Counted from the first letter of the stretch, positions 1 to 9,304 are shown. The stretch is 64,000 bases of DNA from an uncultured Acidobacteriota bacterium (GCA_963836075.1 CAWIIB010000009.1:288001-352000); one strand, 5' to 3'. Translations and numbers: made by a program. The notes: generated by a model not told the origin, from the letters alone.

Positions 1-47
1 TTTGATTAATCAGCTTGCGGGCGCTCAAAACATACGGCTAAAGCGAG
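1..47 (+). ncRNA. SAM-II-type riboswitch aptamer, 5' end cut by window edge
   Basis: (..)UUUGAUUAAUCAGCUUGCGGGCGCUCAAAACAUACGGCUAAAGCGAG matches the SAM-II pattern GCGCYGAUUU..UUGCRRGCGC..A-rich loop..GCUAAA; close homologue of the copies at 5178-5232 and 5318-5368. Confidence 0.8.
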
Positions 48-63
48 ACTTGAACGTCTATCC

Positions 64-101
64 AGCCCGCTTTGGCCCGTTCAGCCGGAGCGGGCTTTTT
101 C
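64..101 (+). terminator. Intrinsic terminator (riboswitch expression platform)
   Basis: AGCCCGCTTTGGC-ccgttca-GCCGGAGCGGGCT followed by a T tract; its 5' arm (CGCTTTGGC) is complementary to the aptamer 3' end (GCTAAAGCG), giving an antiterminator. Confidence 0.8.
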
Positions 102-169
102 GTGCCCGCCCGGCGGACGGGGCGGCACGGTGCCGTCCCGCAATCAACCACCACAGGGAGGGACGGAAG

Positions 170-1417
170 ATGGCGAGAGCAGTTGAACTGGGACTGCCGG
201 GGTACATGGGATTCGGTCGGCTGGATCACGGGTCGATCAGGATGGAGGGTGAGTGTCTGATCGGCAACTACCTGGCCGGGGAGGATCTGGTCTACGAGGT
301 GACCGCGGGAGGTGACCAGGCGGCCATCGTTGAGTTCTATGACGGAACGATCATCGGCAGAACCGATGACACGAGCGTCGATGAAGCATTGATGCAGCAC
401 TTCGGCGATGCCCGTCCCTACGCTCACCCGCGATTCGAGGACCTGTTCTATCGTGTTACCAGAGGGCGGAACATCCAGCTGAAATTCGCCGGTCCCTCCC
501 GAATCGCGTATCACCCGGCGGGTTCCCTGTTCACCCTCGACCAGCCGATCCTGCCCGATCGGCGGCGAGCAGCGGATGATCTTTCTCGCATGATCACCGA
601 CAGGGGGGCGGCGGCGCCGCTCAGGGAGTATGCCAGGTATAAGGGCTACCTCTTCCGCACAACGGCAGATCTCGACATCGAGATCGAAGAGATCGAGGTC
701 CAGCGATATCTCACCCTGCTCGTCGACCTTCCGGATGCGGCCGACCTTCTCTGGAATTCCGGCATCGTTCCTCCGACGAAGGAATGGCGACTGGAAATCG
801 CCGAAGTCCCCTTCGCCATCTCCGGTGAGATGACCGTGCTGCTGACCGGGCAGGGGAACGAATTCCTCACCTACGCCATCCTCGTCGATGACGGATCGCG
901 TGAAGTGAACTTCGAGAATACGGCCAATTACTTTCGCCTGGCCTCCGAGCATCTGCTTGCGGAAGTCCAATACGGGCGAATTGACGAAGAGGAGGAAGGA
1001 GAGCAGGAATTCGGTACAGTGCCGGAGGACGAACTGGACCTCGAAGAGTGGGACCTATGCGAAGCCATTATGACTTTCGGCTCATGTGAACTCACACACT
1101 ATTGGGACACGGGCGGTATGGCCGGAGGCGGTGTCTCAAGCATCTACGAATACCAGGGCAAGTATTACCCGATCGTGGACGGAATCGTCCTCGGGCCCTA
1201 CCCGACCCTCGACGATGCCATTGATCAGAGCAACATGCTCGACGTGAACAGCGCGACGAAGGGCCTGCTTTCGTCGGCATTTCCCACGGATGAGCTCGCC
1301 CGTCGCTGTGTCGCCGACCAGGCCGGCATCGAGGCCCGAATCAATGGCCGGCGATACGCCGCCAACACGAGCGGCGATCTGCGATGCGTGGATGGAGACG
1401 AGGAAGATGAAGACTGA
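170..1417 (+). CDS. Hypothetical acidic protein; C-terminal domain paralogous to 4128-5057
   Basis: ATG at 170 after GGGAGG. The ORF-track start at 2 runs through the riboswitch. C-terminal WDTGGMAGGG..YEYQGKYY..GPYPTLDDAI. Confidence 0.75.
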   Translation: MARAVELGLPGYMGFGRLDHGSIRMEGECLIGNYLAGEDLVYEVTAGGDQAAIVEFYDGTIIGRTDDTSVDEALMQHFGDARPYAHPRFEDLFYRVTRGRNIQLKFAGPSRIAYHPAGSLFTLDQPILPDRRRAADDLSRMITDRGAAAPLREYARYKGYLFRTTADLDIEIEEIEVQRYLTLLVDLPDAADLLWNSGIVPPTKEWRLEIAEVPFAISGEMTVLLTGQGNEFLTYAILVDDGSREVNFENTANYFRLASEHLLAEVQYGRIDEEEEGEQEFGTVPEDELDLEEWDLCEAIMTFGSCELTHYWDTGGMAGGGVSSIYEYQGKYYPIVDGIVLGPYPTLDDAIDQSNMLDVNSATKGLLSSAFPTDELARRCVADQAGIEARINGRRYAANTSGDLRCVDGDEEDED

Positions 1418-1437
1418 TCATCGAGGGGGAAAGAGAA

Positions 1438-2187
1438 TTGTCGACCGTCCTGCACATCCCCCACAGTTCAAGGGTGATCCCCGCCGACCTGAGGGATCCA
1501 TTCCTGCTTTCCGACGAGGAACTGGCGAAGGAGCTCGCCGTGATGACCGACCACTTCACCGACGAGCTCTTCGCCGGCCCCCCGGCCGCAACAACGGTGG
1601 TCCGGTTCCCGGTGAGCCGGCTGGTGGTCGACCCGGAGCGCTATCTCGATGACGCCCTCGAGCCGATGGCGGCACGAGGGATGGGGGTGGTCTACGAGCG
1701 GACATCCGATGGAAAGCAACTGCGCCCTTCGCCAACGCGGGCAGAGCGCATAACGTTGATCAACCGCTTTTACACGCCGCACCACACGGCCCTGAATTCT
1801 GCCATCGAGAAGGCGCTTGGGGAAAGCAGCGCTTGTCTGCTGCTGGACTGCCATAGCTTCCCGTCGACTCCAATCCCCTGCGATCTGGACCCGATGACAG
1901 ACCGGCCGGATATCTGCCTGGGAACGAGTCCGTCCAATACACCTGGCTGGTTGGTGGAGCAAGCCCAGGAGATTCTGGGATCCTGCGGGCTCACCGTGGA
2001 AACTAATCGGCCGTATTCAGGAGTGCTCGTTCCCGAGAGATTCGCAAACGACAATTCAAAAGTGTATGCACTGATGATCGAAATCAATCGCCGCCTGGTA
2101 CATGGACGAACAATCGGGGGGCAAACTGCATGCCTTCCCGGACGTGGCCGCAACAGTTCAGAGGCTGATTCACAACCTGATGAATGA
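1438..2187 (+). CDS. N-formylglutamate amidohydrolase-family protein, probable frameshift near 2100
   Basis: HIPHSS, TDHFTDELF, SRLVVDPER, DCHSFP, DICLG, NRPYSG and MIEINRRL motifs; a plausible C-terminus (MDEQSGGKLHAF) lies in another frame. Confidence 0.85.
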   Translation: MSTVLHIPHSSRVIPADLRDPFLLSDEELAKELAVMTDHFTDELFAGPPAATTVVRFPVSRLVVDPERYLDDALEPMAARGMGVVYERTSDGKQLRPSPTRAERITLINRFYTPHHTALNSAIEKALGESSACLLLDCHSFPSTPIPCDLDPMTDRPDICLGTSPSNTPGWLVEQAQEILGSCGLTVETNRPYSGVLVPERFANDNSKVYALMIEINRRLVHGRTIGGQTACLPGRGRNSSEADSQPDE

Positions 2188-2286
2188 AACGCGAATCCGC
2201 GATCAGCCGTCGCACATATATAGTGGTTCGAGAGGAAGCGCGGAAGTGGTGTCCTGCGCACCGGGCACCCGGTCCCCCCGATTCAC

Positions 2287-3138
2287 TCACTGGGCTATGC
2301 CATCGTCCTCATCATCCTCAACGTCATCGTAGTCCTCGTCTTCGCTGTCATGCAGTATATCCGCCGCCATGTCGATGGCTTCGGACGCAGCGGAAACGAT
2401 GTCTTCATCATCCGAGTCGAGGAAATCGCCGAGGGCCACCGTGGCCTGCTCCGGGCGGATGGCGGCAGCCGCTTCGATGGCGGCGAGCAGCAGGTCCTTG
2501 TCCATGACTTCGTTGGAGAGGATATCGGTAATCAGCGGCCAGGCGTCGGCCACTGGCCAGCTCCCCGCGGCCTCGGCGGCCTCGATCCGCAGATCCCGGC
2601 TGCCGTTGGCCAGCGACTCGAGGATCTGAACTTCGAAACCGTTGATGTACTGCATACAGAAAACGGCGGTCAGCTTCCAGGCCATATCCTCTTCGGCATA
2701 GGCGGCACGGACCGCGTCCGCATGCCAGTCGCGCGGGGCCCGCACCGAGGCCTCCAGGCAGTGGCGACGGACGATCTGCGGTGCGCTGTCATCGGCGTAC
2801 AGGTCATGGAGCCTCTCCTGGATCAGCTGGAACCTGGTCCAGGAAAACGGCGCGTCCTCGAAATCATCCTCGTCCTCCAGGTCCGCGGCCTCGAGGGGCG
2901 GGCCGAATGCGATCGCCGCCCCGGCGCGCAGCTCCTCCGGCTCGGTTTCCCTGCATAAGATATCGAGGAGGAGGCCGGCGAGCCTGTCGTTGATCACGGT
3001 GTATTCCCCGGCCAGACTCACCGCGATAAGGCGGTCTGCTATATCAGCACGCTTGTCCCGCAGAATATCGTATAAAAACCCGTCGGTATCGGATGGCCAG
3101 TTCCAGGGCCGCGATGCTTGCAGTTGTCTCAGGTTCAT
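2287..3138 (-). CDS. HEAT-repeat-like helical protein with acidic tail
   Basis: Repeating LRAGAAIAFG / VRRHCLEA / LRIEAAEAAG / IVSAASEAI helices. Confidence 0.65.
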   Translation of the reverse strand: MNLRQLQASRPWNWPSDTDGFLYDILRDKRADIADRLIAVSLAGEYTVINDRLAGLLLDILCRETEPEELRAGAAIAFGPPLEAADLEDEDDFEDAPFSWTRFQLIQERLHDLYADDSAPQIVRRHCLEASVRAPRDWHADAVRAAYAEEDMAWKLTAVFCMQYINGFEVQILESLANGSRDLRIEAAEAAGSWPVADAWPLITDILSNEVMDKDLLLAAIEAAAAIRPEQATVALGDFLDSDDEDIVSAASEAIDMAADILHDSEDEDYDDVEDDEDDGIAQ

Positions 3139-3345
3139 CTGGTGCTGCCTCAATTAAGTGCGCTGCCTGTCTTGCAGCGACTCGTGTCCCGGTGCTTGAC
3201 GTGATTGATGACCCATTCGGTGATCGTCCGGTCTCCCCGCCGCTCAGGGCCCGGTCGGTCCCGGCCCGTAAATACGGCAACGCGGAAATGGACAGGAGAA
3301 GATAGCCGAAATCGCTAAGGTTTGCCAGTGGAAAATGCGGCGGGC

Positions 3346-4131
3346 CTATGCCAGCCCGGAGGACCGGTGAAGCCGCTCGGCACAGCGCTCGATGACATCT
3401 GACAATTGGTCGTCGAGATACCCGAAGACCCTCTCCTCGATGCTCCCGGGCACGCCGCCGAAAAAGGCCTCAGCGATCCCCCCGGCGATGCAGGCCACCG
3501 TGTCGCTGTCCCCGCCGAGGGAGACCGCATTGCGGATTGTATCCTCGACGCTCCCCGACAACAGGAAGGCGGTGATCGCCTGGGGCACCGAGCCCGGGCA
3601 GGTGACATCGGGCGGGTAATCCTCCCGGATCCGCTCCAGCGAAAGGTTGAGGCGATAGCCGAACGTCGTGCCGATGTACTCCTGGATCCCGGCTTTCCCG
3701 GAGCCGGTCCGGGCCAGGAAAATTGCGGCAGCCACGGCCTGGGCGCCCTTGATCCCCTCGGGGTGGTTGTGGGTCACCCCGGCGCTCTTTCGCGCTTCAT
3801 CCAGCACTTCCTCGAGCGTATCGAAGGCCCAGCCCACCGGGCTGACCCGCATGGCCGACCCGTTGCCGAGGCTCCCGTAAGGTACCCCCTCGCGGGAGGC
3901 CCCCCAGCGCCTGAACATCGGCCCGTAGCCCCGCTCCGGATAGCGCCGGTAGTAGTCACGGTAGGCGGCAGCGTAATCGCCGCCGCTGAGAATAGCGTCA
4001 GCCGTGGCCACGGTGAGCACCGTGTCGTCGGTGAACCGGCACCCCTCCCCGAACAGCGGGAAGTCGGTGCGGTGGATGTTGTGCAGCTCGTAAATGCTGC
4101 CGATGATGTCACCGGCTATGGCGCCGATCAT
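3346..4131 (-). CDS. ADP-ribosylglycohydrolase (DraG/ARH family)
   Basis: MIGAIAGDIIGS, FTDDT, GNGSAMR, THNHPE and GGDSDT motifs; ATGA overlap with the upstream gene. Confidence 0.93.
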   Translation of the reverse strand: MIGAIAGDIIGSIYELHNIHRTDFPLFGEGCRFTDDTVLTVATADAILSGGDYAAAYRDYYRRYPERGYGPMFRRWGASREGVPYGSLGNGSAMRVSPVGWAFDTLEEVLDEARKSAGVTHNHPEGIKGAQAVAAAIFLARTGSGKAGIQEYIGTTFGYRLNLSLERIREDYPPDVTCPGSVPQAITAFLLSGSVEDTIRNAVSLGGDSDTVACIAGGIAEAFFGGVPGSIEERVFGYLDDQLSDVIERCAERLHRSSGLA

Positions 4132-5057
4132 GACTTTCCCCTTTTTAAAGAATCGATGTAATCGATGAGATCATCGTCGTCTTCCTTCCTCACGAAGATG
4201 CCGGGCTTCGTCCAGACGTATGGGATGGAGTTGAACCAGACTTCGTGGCCGAGCCGCTCGTCCTCCCCGTCCCCCTGGTAGTGCTCGAACTCGACTTTCT
4301 CCGCCAGCTCATCGGCATCGTGAAAACCGGACCCGATCTCGCCCGTGGCAGTGGTGACCGTGAGCAGGTCCCCCTCCACCGCTTCGTCCACGGTGTCGTA
4401 AGGCCCGAACAATTCTCCACAGTCACAGCAGGGGTAGTAGAACTTCCCCGCCAACTCGTACACCCACTCGACGCCGGCCCCGGCGCCGGGCCCCCCGCTG
4501 TCCCACTCGTGGCTGAACACGCCCTCGCCCTCTTCGGTGAGGACATCCAGAAAGGTCTCGTAATCGTGGAAGTCCGGATCGTTCTCGAGAAGCTCTTTCA
4601 GTTCATCCCCACTGGGGAAGACCACCGGTTCGTTCCGCCGGCCCTGACGTATGACCCGGTAAAAAGGACCCTCGCCGTCGGCGTTCTTCCCCGTAATGAT
4701 GTCCACGATTTCGTTCGGATCTGGCGGCGGCGGTTCTGGGGCCTGTTTTGGTAGCGGGGCGTACTGCTTGTAGTTTTTGTCCTTCTTCCGGCACTCGGCG
4801 CAGACGATCAGCAGGTTGGCAAAGAGCGAACTCCAGTGACCGACCCGGTTGTCCCTCTCGGAGTAAGAGTTGGATCCCGGACGGTTAACGGTGTGTTCAC
4901 CGCACTGCAGGCACGGGACGCCATGACAGATACAGGCGACACTGACCTCCATCTCCGGGTCCGGTTGGAAGCGATCCGAATGGAGATATCGAGCTTTTGT
5001 CGTGCCATTGAACTCGCCGCACACGTCGCAACGTTCAAATCCTGGTGGAATGCTCAT
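4128..5057 (-). CDS. Hypothetical protein: N-terminal Cys-rich putative Zn-binding region plus C-terminal domain shared with 170-1417
   Basis: CDVC, CICH, CLQC and CAEC motifs; Pro linker; WDSGGPGAGAG..YELAGKFY..GPYDTVDEAV; RBS GGGAGG. Confidence 0.75.
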   Translation of the reverse strand: MSIPPGFERCDVCGEFNGTTKARYLHSDRFQPDPEMEVSVACICHGVPCLQCGEHTVNRPGSNSYSERDNRVGHWSSLFANLLIVCAECRKKDKNYKQYAPLPKQAPEPPPPDPNEIVDIITGKNADGEGPFYRVIRQGRRNEPVVFPSGDELKELLENDPDFHDYETFLDVLTEEGEGVFSHEWDSGGPGAGAGVEWVYELAGKFYYPCCDCGELFGPYDTVDEAVEGDLLTVTTATGEIGSGFHDADELAEKVEFEHYQGDGEDERLGHEVWFNSIPYVWTKPGIFVRKEDDDDLIDYIDSLKRGKS

Positions 5058-5177
5058 CCCAGCCCTCCCTTGATGATTGGGTGAAACTGACGGGACGGAA
5101 CTCTTCCGCCCCGACCGCCGGGAGGGCTCGAAGGAGGCCCCGAACCGGCTGGATCAGGGCTAACGCGGGCAGGATTG

Positions 5178-5232
5178 CTCGCTTTAGCCGCATTTATTGA
5201 GCGCCCGCAATCTGAGTGGTCAAATCGGCGCT
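5178..5232 (-). ncRNA. SAM-II-type riboswitch aptamer, second of tandem pair
   Basis: AGCGCCGAUUUGACCACUCAGAUUGCGGGCGCUCAAUAAAUGCGGCUAAAGCGAG: P1 AGCGCC/GGCGCU, GAUUU, UUGC, AUAAAU loop, GCUAAAG. Confidence 0.85.
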
Positions 5233-5263
5233 GTGTTCAATCTGTCGTGCTGATTCAGGGCAT

Positions 5264-5300
5264 GAAAAAACCCGCTCCAGCCTGCGGGGCCAAAGCGGGT
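5264..5300 (-). terminator. Intrinsic terminator after first aptamer
   Basis: ACCCGCTTTGGCC-ccgca-GGCTGGAGCGGGT followed by TTTTT; 5' arm complementary to GCTAAAGCG of the aptamer. Confidence 0.85.
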
Positions 5301-5317
5301 TCGAATGCCTATCCGAT

Positions 5318-5368
5318 CGCTTTAGCGTAATTTATAATGCGCCCGCAAGCTGAGAATCAAATCAGCGC
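5318..5368 (-). ncRNA. SAM-II-type riboswitch aptamer, first of tandem pair
   Basis: GCGCUGAUUUGAUUCUCAGCUUGCGGGCGCAUUAUAAAUUACGCUAAAGCG with the core SAM-II nucleotides present. Confidence 0.87.
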
Positions 5369-5378
5369 AACAATATGT

Positions 5379-5407
5379 AATATAACTTCTTACAGTGATT
5401 TTGTCAA
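5379..5407 (-). promoter_or_regulatory. sigma70-type promoter driving the riboswitch leader
   Basis: TTGACA-N17-TATATT on the minus strand; predicted start site a few nt before the aptamer. Confidence 0.75.
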
Positions 5408-5431
5408 GTCGACTGGTGAGATAATTTCACT

Positions 5432-5872
5432 TCAGTCGTCCACCGGTCCAGCCGTCGCTGCCCAGGCTCGGATCACCGTGAGATCGTCGGTGGAGAGCCG
5501 GGCTTCGGGGTGGGCCGGCAGGTAGAACCAGAGCGGCATCTCCCCCTCCTCCACCTCCTCCCAGATCTCGTGCATCATCTTGGCCCGTTTCTCGTGGTCC
5601 ATCAGGTCCCAGTTGGAGAAGTTGAGATGCTCGCGGCCCTCCTTGACATCGTTCGCGACGAGCCACGAGACCGGAGCGACCTTCGAATACCACGGCCAGA
5701 CGGTCTCGTTGGAGTGGCAGTCGTAGCAGGCGCGCTGGAAGATGGCCGTCACCTCCACCGGGGCGAACTGCCCGGTCCCGCCCGGGGGATTCGTTCGCCT
5801 GACCGGAATCAGCTGGATCAGGATCAGGATCGCGACCAGTCCGACTGCGGATCGAATGATGATTTTTTTCAC
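5432..5872 (-). CDS. Membrane-anchored c-type haem-binding domain protein
   Basis: N-terminal TM, ACYDCHSNETVWPWYS, EGREHLNFS and GEMPLWFY. Confidence 0.88.
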   Translation of the reverse strand: MKKIIIRSAVGLVAILILIQLIPVRRTNPPGGTGQFAPVEVTAIFQRACYDCHSNETVWPWYSKVAPVSWLVANDVKEGREHLNFSNWDLMDHEKRAKMMHEIWEEVEEGEMPLWFYLPAHPEARLSTDDLTVIRAWAATAGPVDD

Positions 5873-6199
5873 GCGTGGGCCCTCCCTTCCGTGACGCCTC
5901 ACGACCATCGCCGGGCGTATAGGAGAATGATGTCAGATCAAGGTTCGATTATGATTCTGCGTGACCGCAGGTCAACCACAATTCACCCGGGGAGATCCCG
6001 GCTGGCGGCCTCGTCTGCGGCACTCGATGCCGGACAATGCAGAGTGTATATCATGTTCACGATACCGTGAGCCACACTCACCGACTGAAATCCCGGATGC
6101 TCCCCCAGCAGTCACGCACCATTCACAAGCCATTCACTAATTGTTGTATTCGAGAGACTTCTCCCCTCCCTTCAATCAGGGCCCGGGACTCGATTCCAT

Positions 6200-6215
6200 T
6201 GGCACGATCGTTGAA
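6200..6215 (+). promoter_or_regulatory. Possible sigma54-like promoter with variant -12 box
   Basis: TGGCACGATCGTTGAA upstream of 6277; -12 is GA rather than GC. Confidence 0.3.
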
Positions 6216-6276
6216 GGAGCAATCAACCAGTGCAGGGCTGCATCCGGTCTTTACACTTCGACAGGAGGGATGACGA

Positions 6277-6576
6277 ATGAGACTGAACAGGAAAAATGTC
6301 GCTGCTTTGCTGCTCGCCGCCATGTTGCTGTTTGTTTTTGCCGCCTGGCCGGGCTCCGGCACGGCAAGCGCGTCGGACACCATCGCCGGCAGCTACACCA
6401 TCACCAAACAGAACGGCCAGCGGGTCACGGTCCAGTGGTCGTGCGGCAACTGCGGGAAGTCGTGCGGCAAGTCGACCCTGACCTGGCCCAGGGAAGGGAC
6501 CACCAGCAGCAGGAGCTTCAGCTGCGGCAAGTGCAAGAAGCGGAACAAGGTGACGATGTATGGGAGGAATTACTAG
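6277..6576 (+). CDS. Small secreted basic Cys-rich protein
   Basis: RBS AGGAGG, signal peptide, CGNC and CGKC motifs. Confidence 0.6.
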   Translation: MRLNRKNVAALLLAAMLLFVFAAWPGSGTASASDTIAGSYTITKQNGQRVTVQWSCGNCGKSCGKSTLTWPREGTTSSRSFSCGKCKKRNKVTMYGRNY

Positions 6577-6648
6577 CAGCACCCGCACCACCCCGGCAGG
6601 TCCAGCCGGTGCCTGGCCCTGGTGGCCCACACGCAGGTGAGGTGATGG

Positions 6649-6987
6649 TCAGGCTCCAATTATTTCGTTCAGGCCTTCGATCGTATTCGTAAGCTCTTCA
6701 GCTGTCGCCCGACCAAGGCGCCGGCCAATGCGCTCGATGGCCAATGTTCTTATCTGACTGATCTTGACCCAGGAACGCTTTGGCAAACCCTTGGATGTCA
6801 GTTCCAAGGTGAGGGGAAACCCGGCACGCGGAGGCTGGCTGGTGAGAGCAACGGCAATGACCGTTCCGGAACGTTCATTGAAAATATCCTGGCTCAGAAT
6901 CAGGACCGGTCGCTTGCCGGCCTGCTCATGTCCTCTGGCCGGATTGAGGTTTGCCCAACGGATATCTCCTCTCAATACTCTGGCCAT
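6649..6987 (-). CDS. mazF: MazF/PemK-family endoribonuclease toxin
   Basis: [33 protein letters not shown]. Confidence 0.92.
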   Translation of the reverse strand: MARVLRGDIRWANLNPARGHEQAGKRPVLILSQDIFNERSGTVIAVALTSQPPRAGFPLTLELTSKGLPKRSWVKISQIRTLAIERIGRRLGRATAEELTNTIEGLNEIIGA

Positions 6988-7214
6988 TCACTCAACTCCT
7001 CGGACATGCCCTCTTCGGCCAGTGCTTTTTCAAAGTTCGGATCAAGTTTGGCACACTCAGCAGCAAGACGGTGCCTGCGGAGCCTGTCGAGCTTCTCTGA
7101 TACAGCTAATTGAATGGCTTGACTCCGGTTGTTGAAGATCTGTTCTTTGACCAGGCGATCAAGTTCTTCCAATGTCAACTGGTCAATGGTGATCGCGATT
7201 TTTGTTCTGCCCAT
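6972..7214 (-). CDS. Ribbon-helix-helix antitoxin
   Basis: KIAITID..NRSQAI RHH motif; overlaps the toxin start. Confidence 0.85.
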   Translation of the reverse strand: MGRTKIAITIDQLTLEELDRLVKEQIFNNRSQAIQLAVSEKLDRLRRHRLAAECAKLDPNFEKALAEEGMSEELSEWPEY

Positions 7215-7411
7215 GCCCGCACCTCCTGGTATGATAATATGTCATACCTCGGAGATTGGTCAAGCTTTATCGAGAGTAGAGGGCAGTTCCGACCAGTTTG
7301 GTTTCCGCGTGGAAACCCATGGTGTCAGGGACAGAGTGCCCGAGCCACATGAAACCTGGATCTACCCCAAGTTCAGGGATTTGTGTTGCAACTCGCATGC
7401 CGAAAGGAAGG

Positions 7412-9038
7412 TTACCACCCCAGCACAAACAACCGGTGCTTGGCCCTGGTGGCCCCCACGTAGTAGAGGTGCGGGTCGATGGAGTTGAGGTCGACGTCGA
7501 CCAGGATCACCACATCGGCCTCAAGTCCTTTGAAGCGGTGGATGGTGGAGTAGACGATGCGGTGGAAGCCGGGCTCGTCACCGAGCTTGATCACCCGGAA
7601 GTTGCCCAGCCGGCCCTCGCCGGCAAGGCAGGAGTTCCGCTTGCGGTGGGTGCCGAGGACCGCAACCTGGTGCTCCTTGAGCCCCTCCCCCACCACCAGC
7701 TGGTGGAGCAGCTGCTGGACACGCCCCACCTGCTTTGTCGGGTCGTCGAACCGCTCGACGGTGGGCGGCTCGCCCTCCACCACCTCGCCGGGGGCCGGGT
7801 CGTCGCCGATCAGTTTCCGGGCAAAACTGTTGATCGCCGCGGTGGAGCGGCAGTTGCGGTCGAGGAAGAAGCACTCCTCCTCCGCGAGACACCTGGCGCA
7901 CTCGCCGTAAACCTTCTGGTCCCGGTCAAAGAAGACCGTGCGGGCCCCGCCCCCCTCGGTGATGGCGTCCACCACGATCCACCACTCGTCCTTGAAGTCC
8001 TGCCCTTCGTCGATGACCAGCGACTGGCAGCAGACATCCACCGTGGCCTGGGCCTCGAGGAAGAGGTCGAGGGCCCCGGTGCGGAAAAACTCCGCGTCGG
8101 CCTCACCCTTGCGCGGCCAGGTGAGCCCCGCCTCCTCCACCTTGAGCCGGATGTAGTGGTGGAAGGTGCAGGCCTCGGCCCCGGTCCCCTCCAGCTCGCG
8201 GGCGGCATAAGTGGCCAGCGGGTCGTTGAAGCAGAGGTAGAGGGTCTTGCGGCCCAGCCCCGCCTCCCGCCGCGCCTTCTCGATGGCCAGCACGGTCTTG
8301 CCCGAGCCGGCCCGGCCGCAGATGTAGGCCCGCTCCCGGTCCCCCATGAACTCGATCAGCCGTTTCTGCTCGTCGGTCAGCCGCAGGAAGACTACCTTTT
8401 CGTCACGGATGTCCCAGGAGAGCTTGCGCACGATGTTGAAGGCCGGGTTGAGGATCTCCATCGCCGCCTGCTCGTCCTGCTTTTCGAGCCCGGGCAGCAT
8501 GGGGTATTTGCGCTGCCAGAAGCTGAACACGCCGTCCAGGGCAGCACCGATATCATTGAAGGCCGTGGCATCGATGATGATCTCCCTGCGGCATCCCGGG
8601 CGTCTCCTCGTTGAACGGCACATCGGGGAAGATGACGCAGTGGCCGATGGGCGCGGGGAACCCGCGTGTCGAACCGCCGGTGTTTCTTCAGCTTCGAGAG
8701 GATGGTGAGGGCCGAGGTGCGGGCCTGCTTGCCAGGGTCCTTGATCGAGATGGGTATCGTCGCGCTTGTCGCCGCTGAACCAGCGGCCGCTGCTCATCCC
8801 GCCGGAAGACGACGCCCCCCTTGACCTCGCAGACCAGGATCCCCTTCTCGGGATGAAAGACGAGGAAGTCGATCTCGCCAAGGGGCTGGAAGTCTCCCTT
8901 GGCATTGACCCATTCAAGGGAGTGGAAGACCGTGTAATCGTCGCCGAGCTGGTCTTTGAGGGCGAGGTAGAGCTTCTTCTCGGCGTTGACGATGCCGGCT
9001 TCGATGATCTCGGTTGGGGGAATGAAGGTTGGCATCAT
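7412..9038 (-). CDS. NERD nuclease domain plus SF1 (UvrD-like) helicase, frameshifted near 8600-8780
   Basis: VFHSL..GEIDFLVFHPEKGILVCEVKGG; GRAGSGKT, IDEGQDF, NCRST, TIHRFKGLE, YVGATRA. Confidence 0.85.
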
Positions 9039-9226
9039 CGGTTTTCCTTCAGGATTCTCGTTCCACCAACGCATTCAGCCAATGCTCGCTCTCGCGTCCT
9101 GGGCGCGCATCAGCAGTCCGCCAGATCTCGGGCTCGCCGAGGCCGGGGACGACCGCCAGGAGGTGCCGCATATCGTTCATCGTCCTCGACCGCCCGTGGC
9201 GCCAGCCCGTCGTCGCCGACTCTCGA

Positions 9227-9268
9227 GGGATCGCCGCGTCGCGGGCTGCGCCCGCTCCTCGCGATGAC
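9227..9268. repeat. REP-like palindromic element (family GAGATTGCTTCG..CTCCTCGCAATGAC)
   Basis: GGGATCGCCGCGTCGCGGGCTGCGCCCGCTCCTCGCGATGAC just downstream of the FAD-subunit gene. Confidence 0.55.
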
Positions 9269-9304
9269 CGGAGGGGCGGTCGTGCCCGCGCCAGCCTCCA
9301 AGGC

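Noticed and set aside
2-169. N-terminal extension of the 471-aa ORF
   Set aside because: It runs through the riboswitch and terminator; the RBS supports ATG 170.
1-5232. Inverted repeats as transposon ends or an invertible segment
   Set aside because: The similarity is explained by paralogous riboswitch leaders; the copies are diverged and no transposase or recombinase lies inside.
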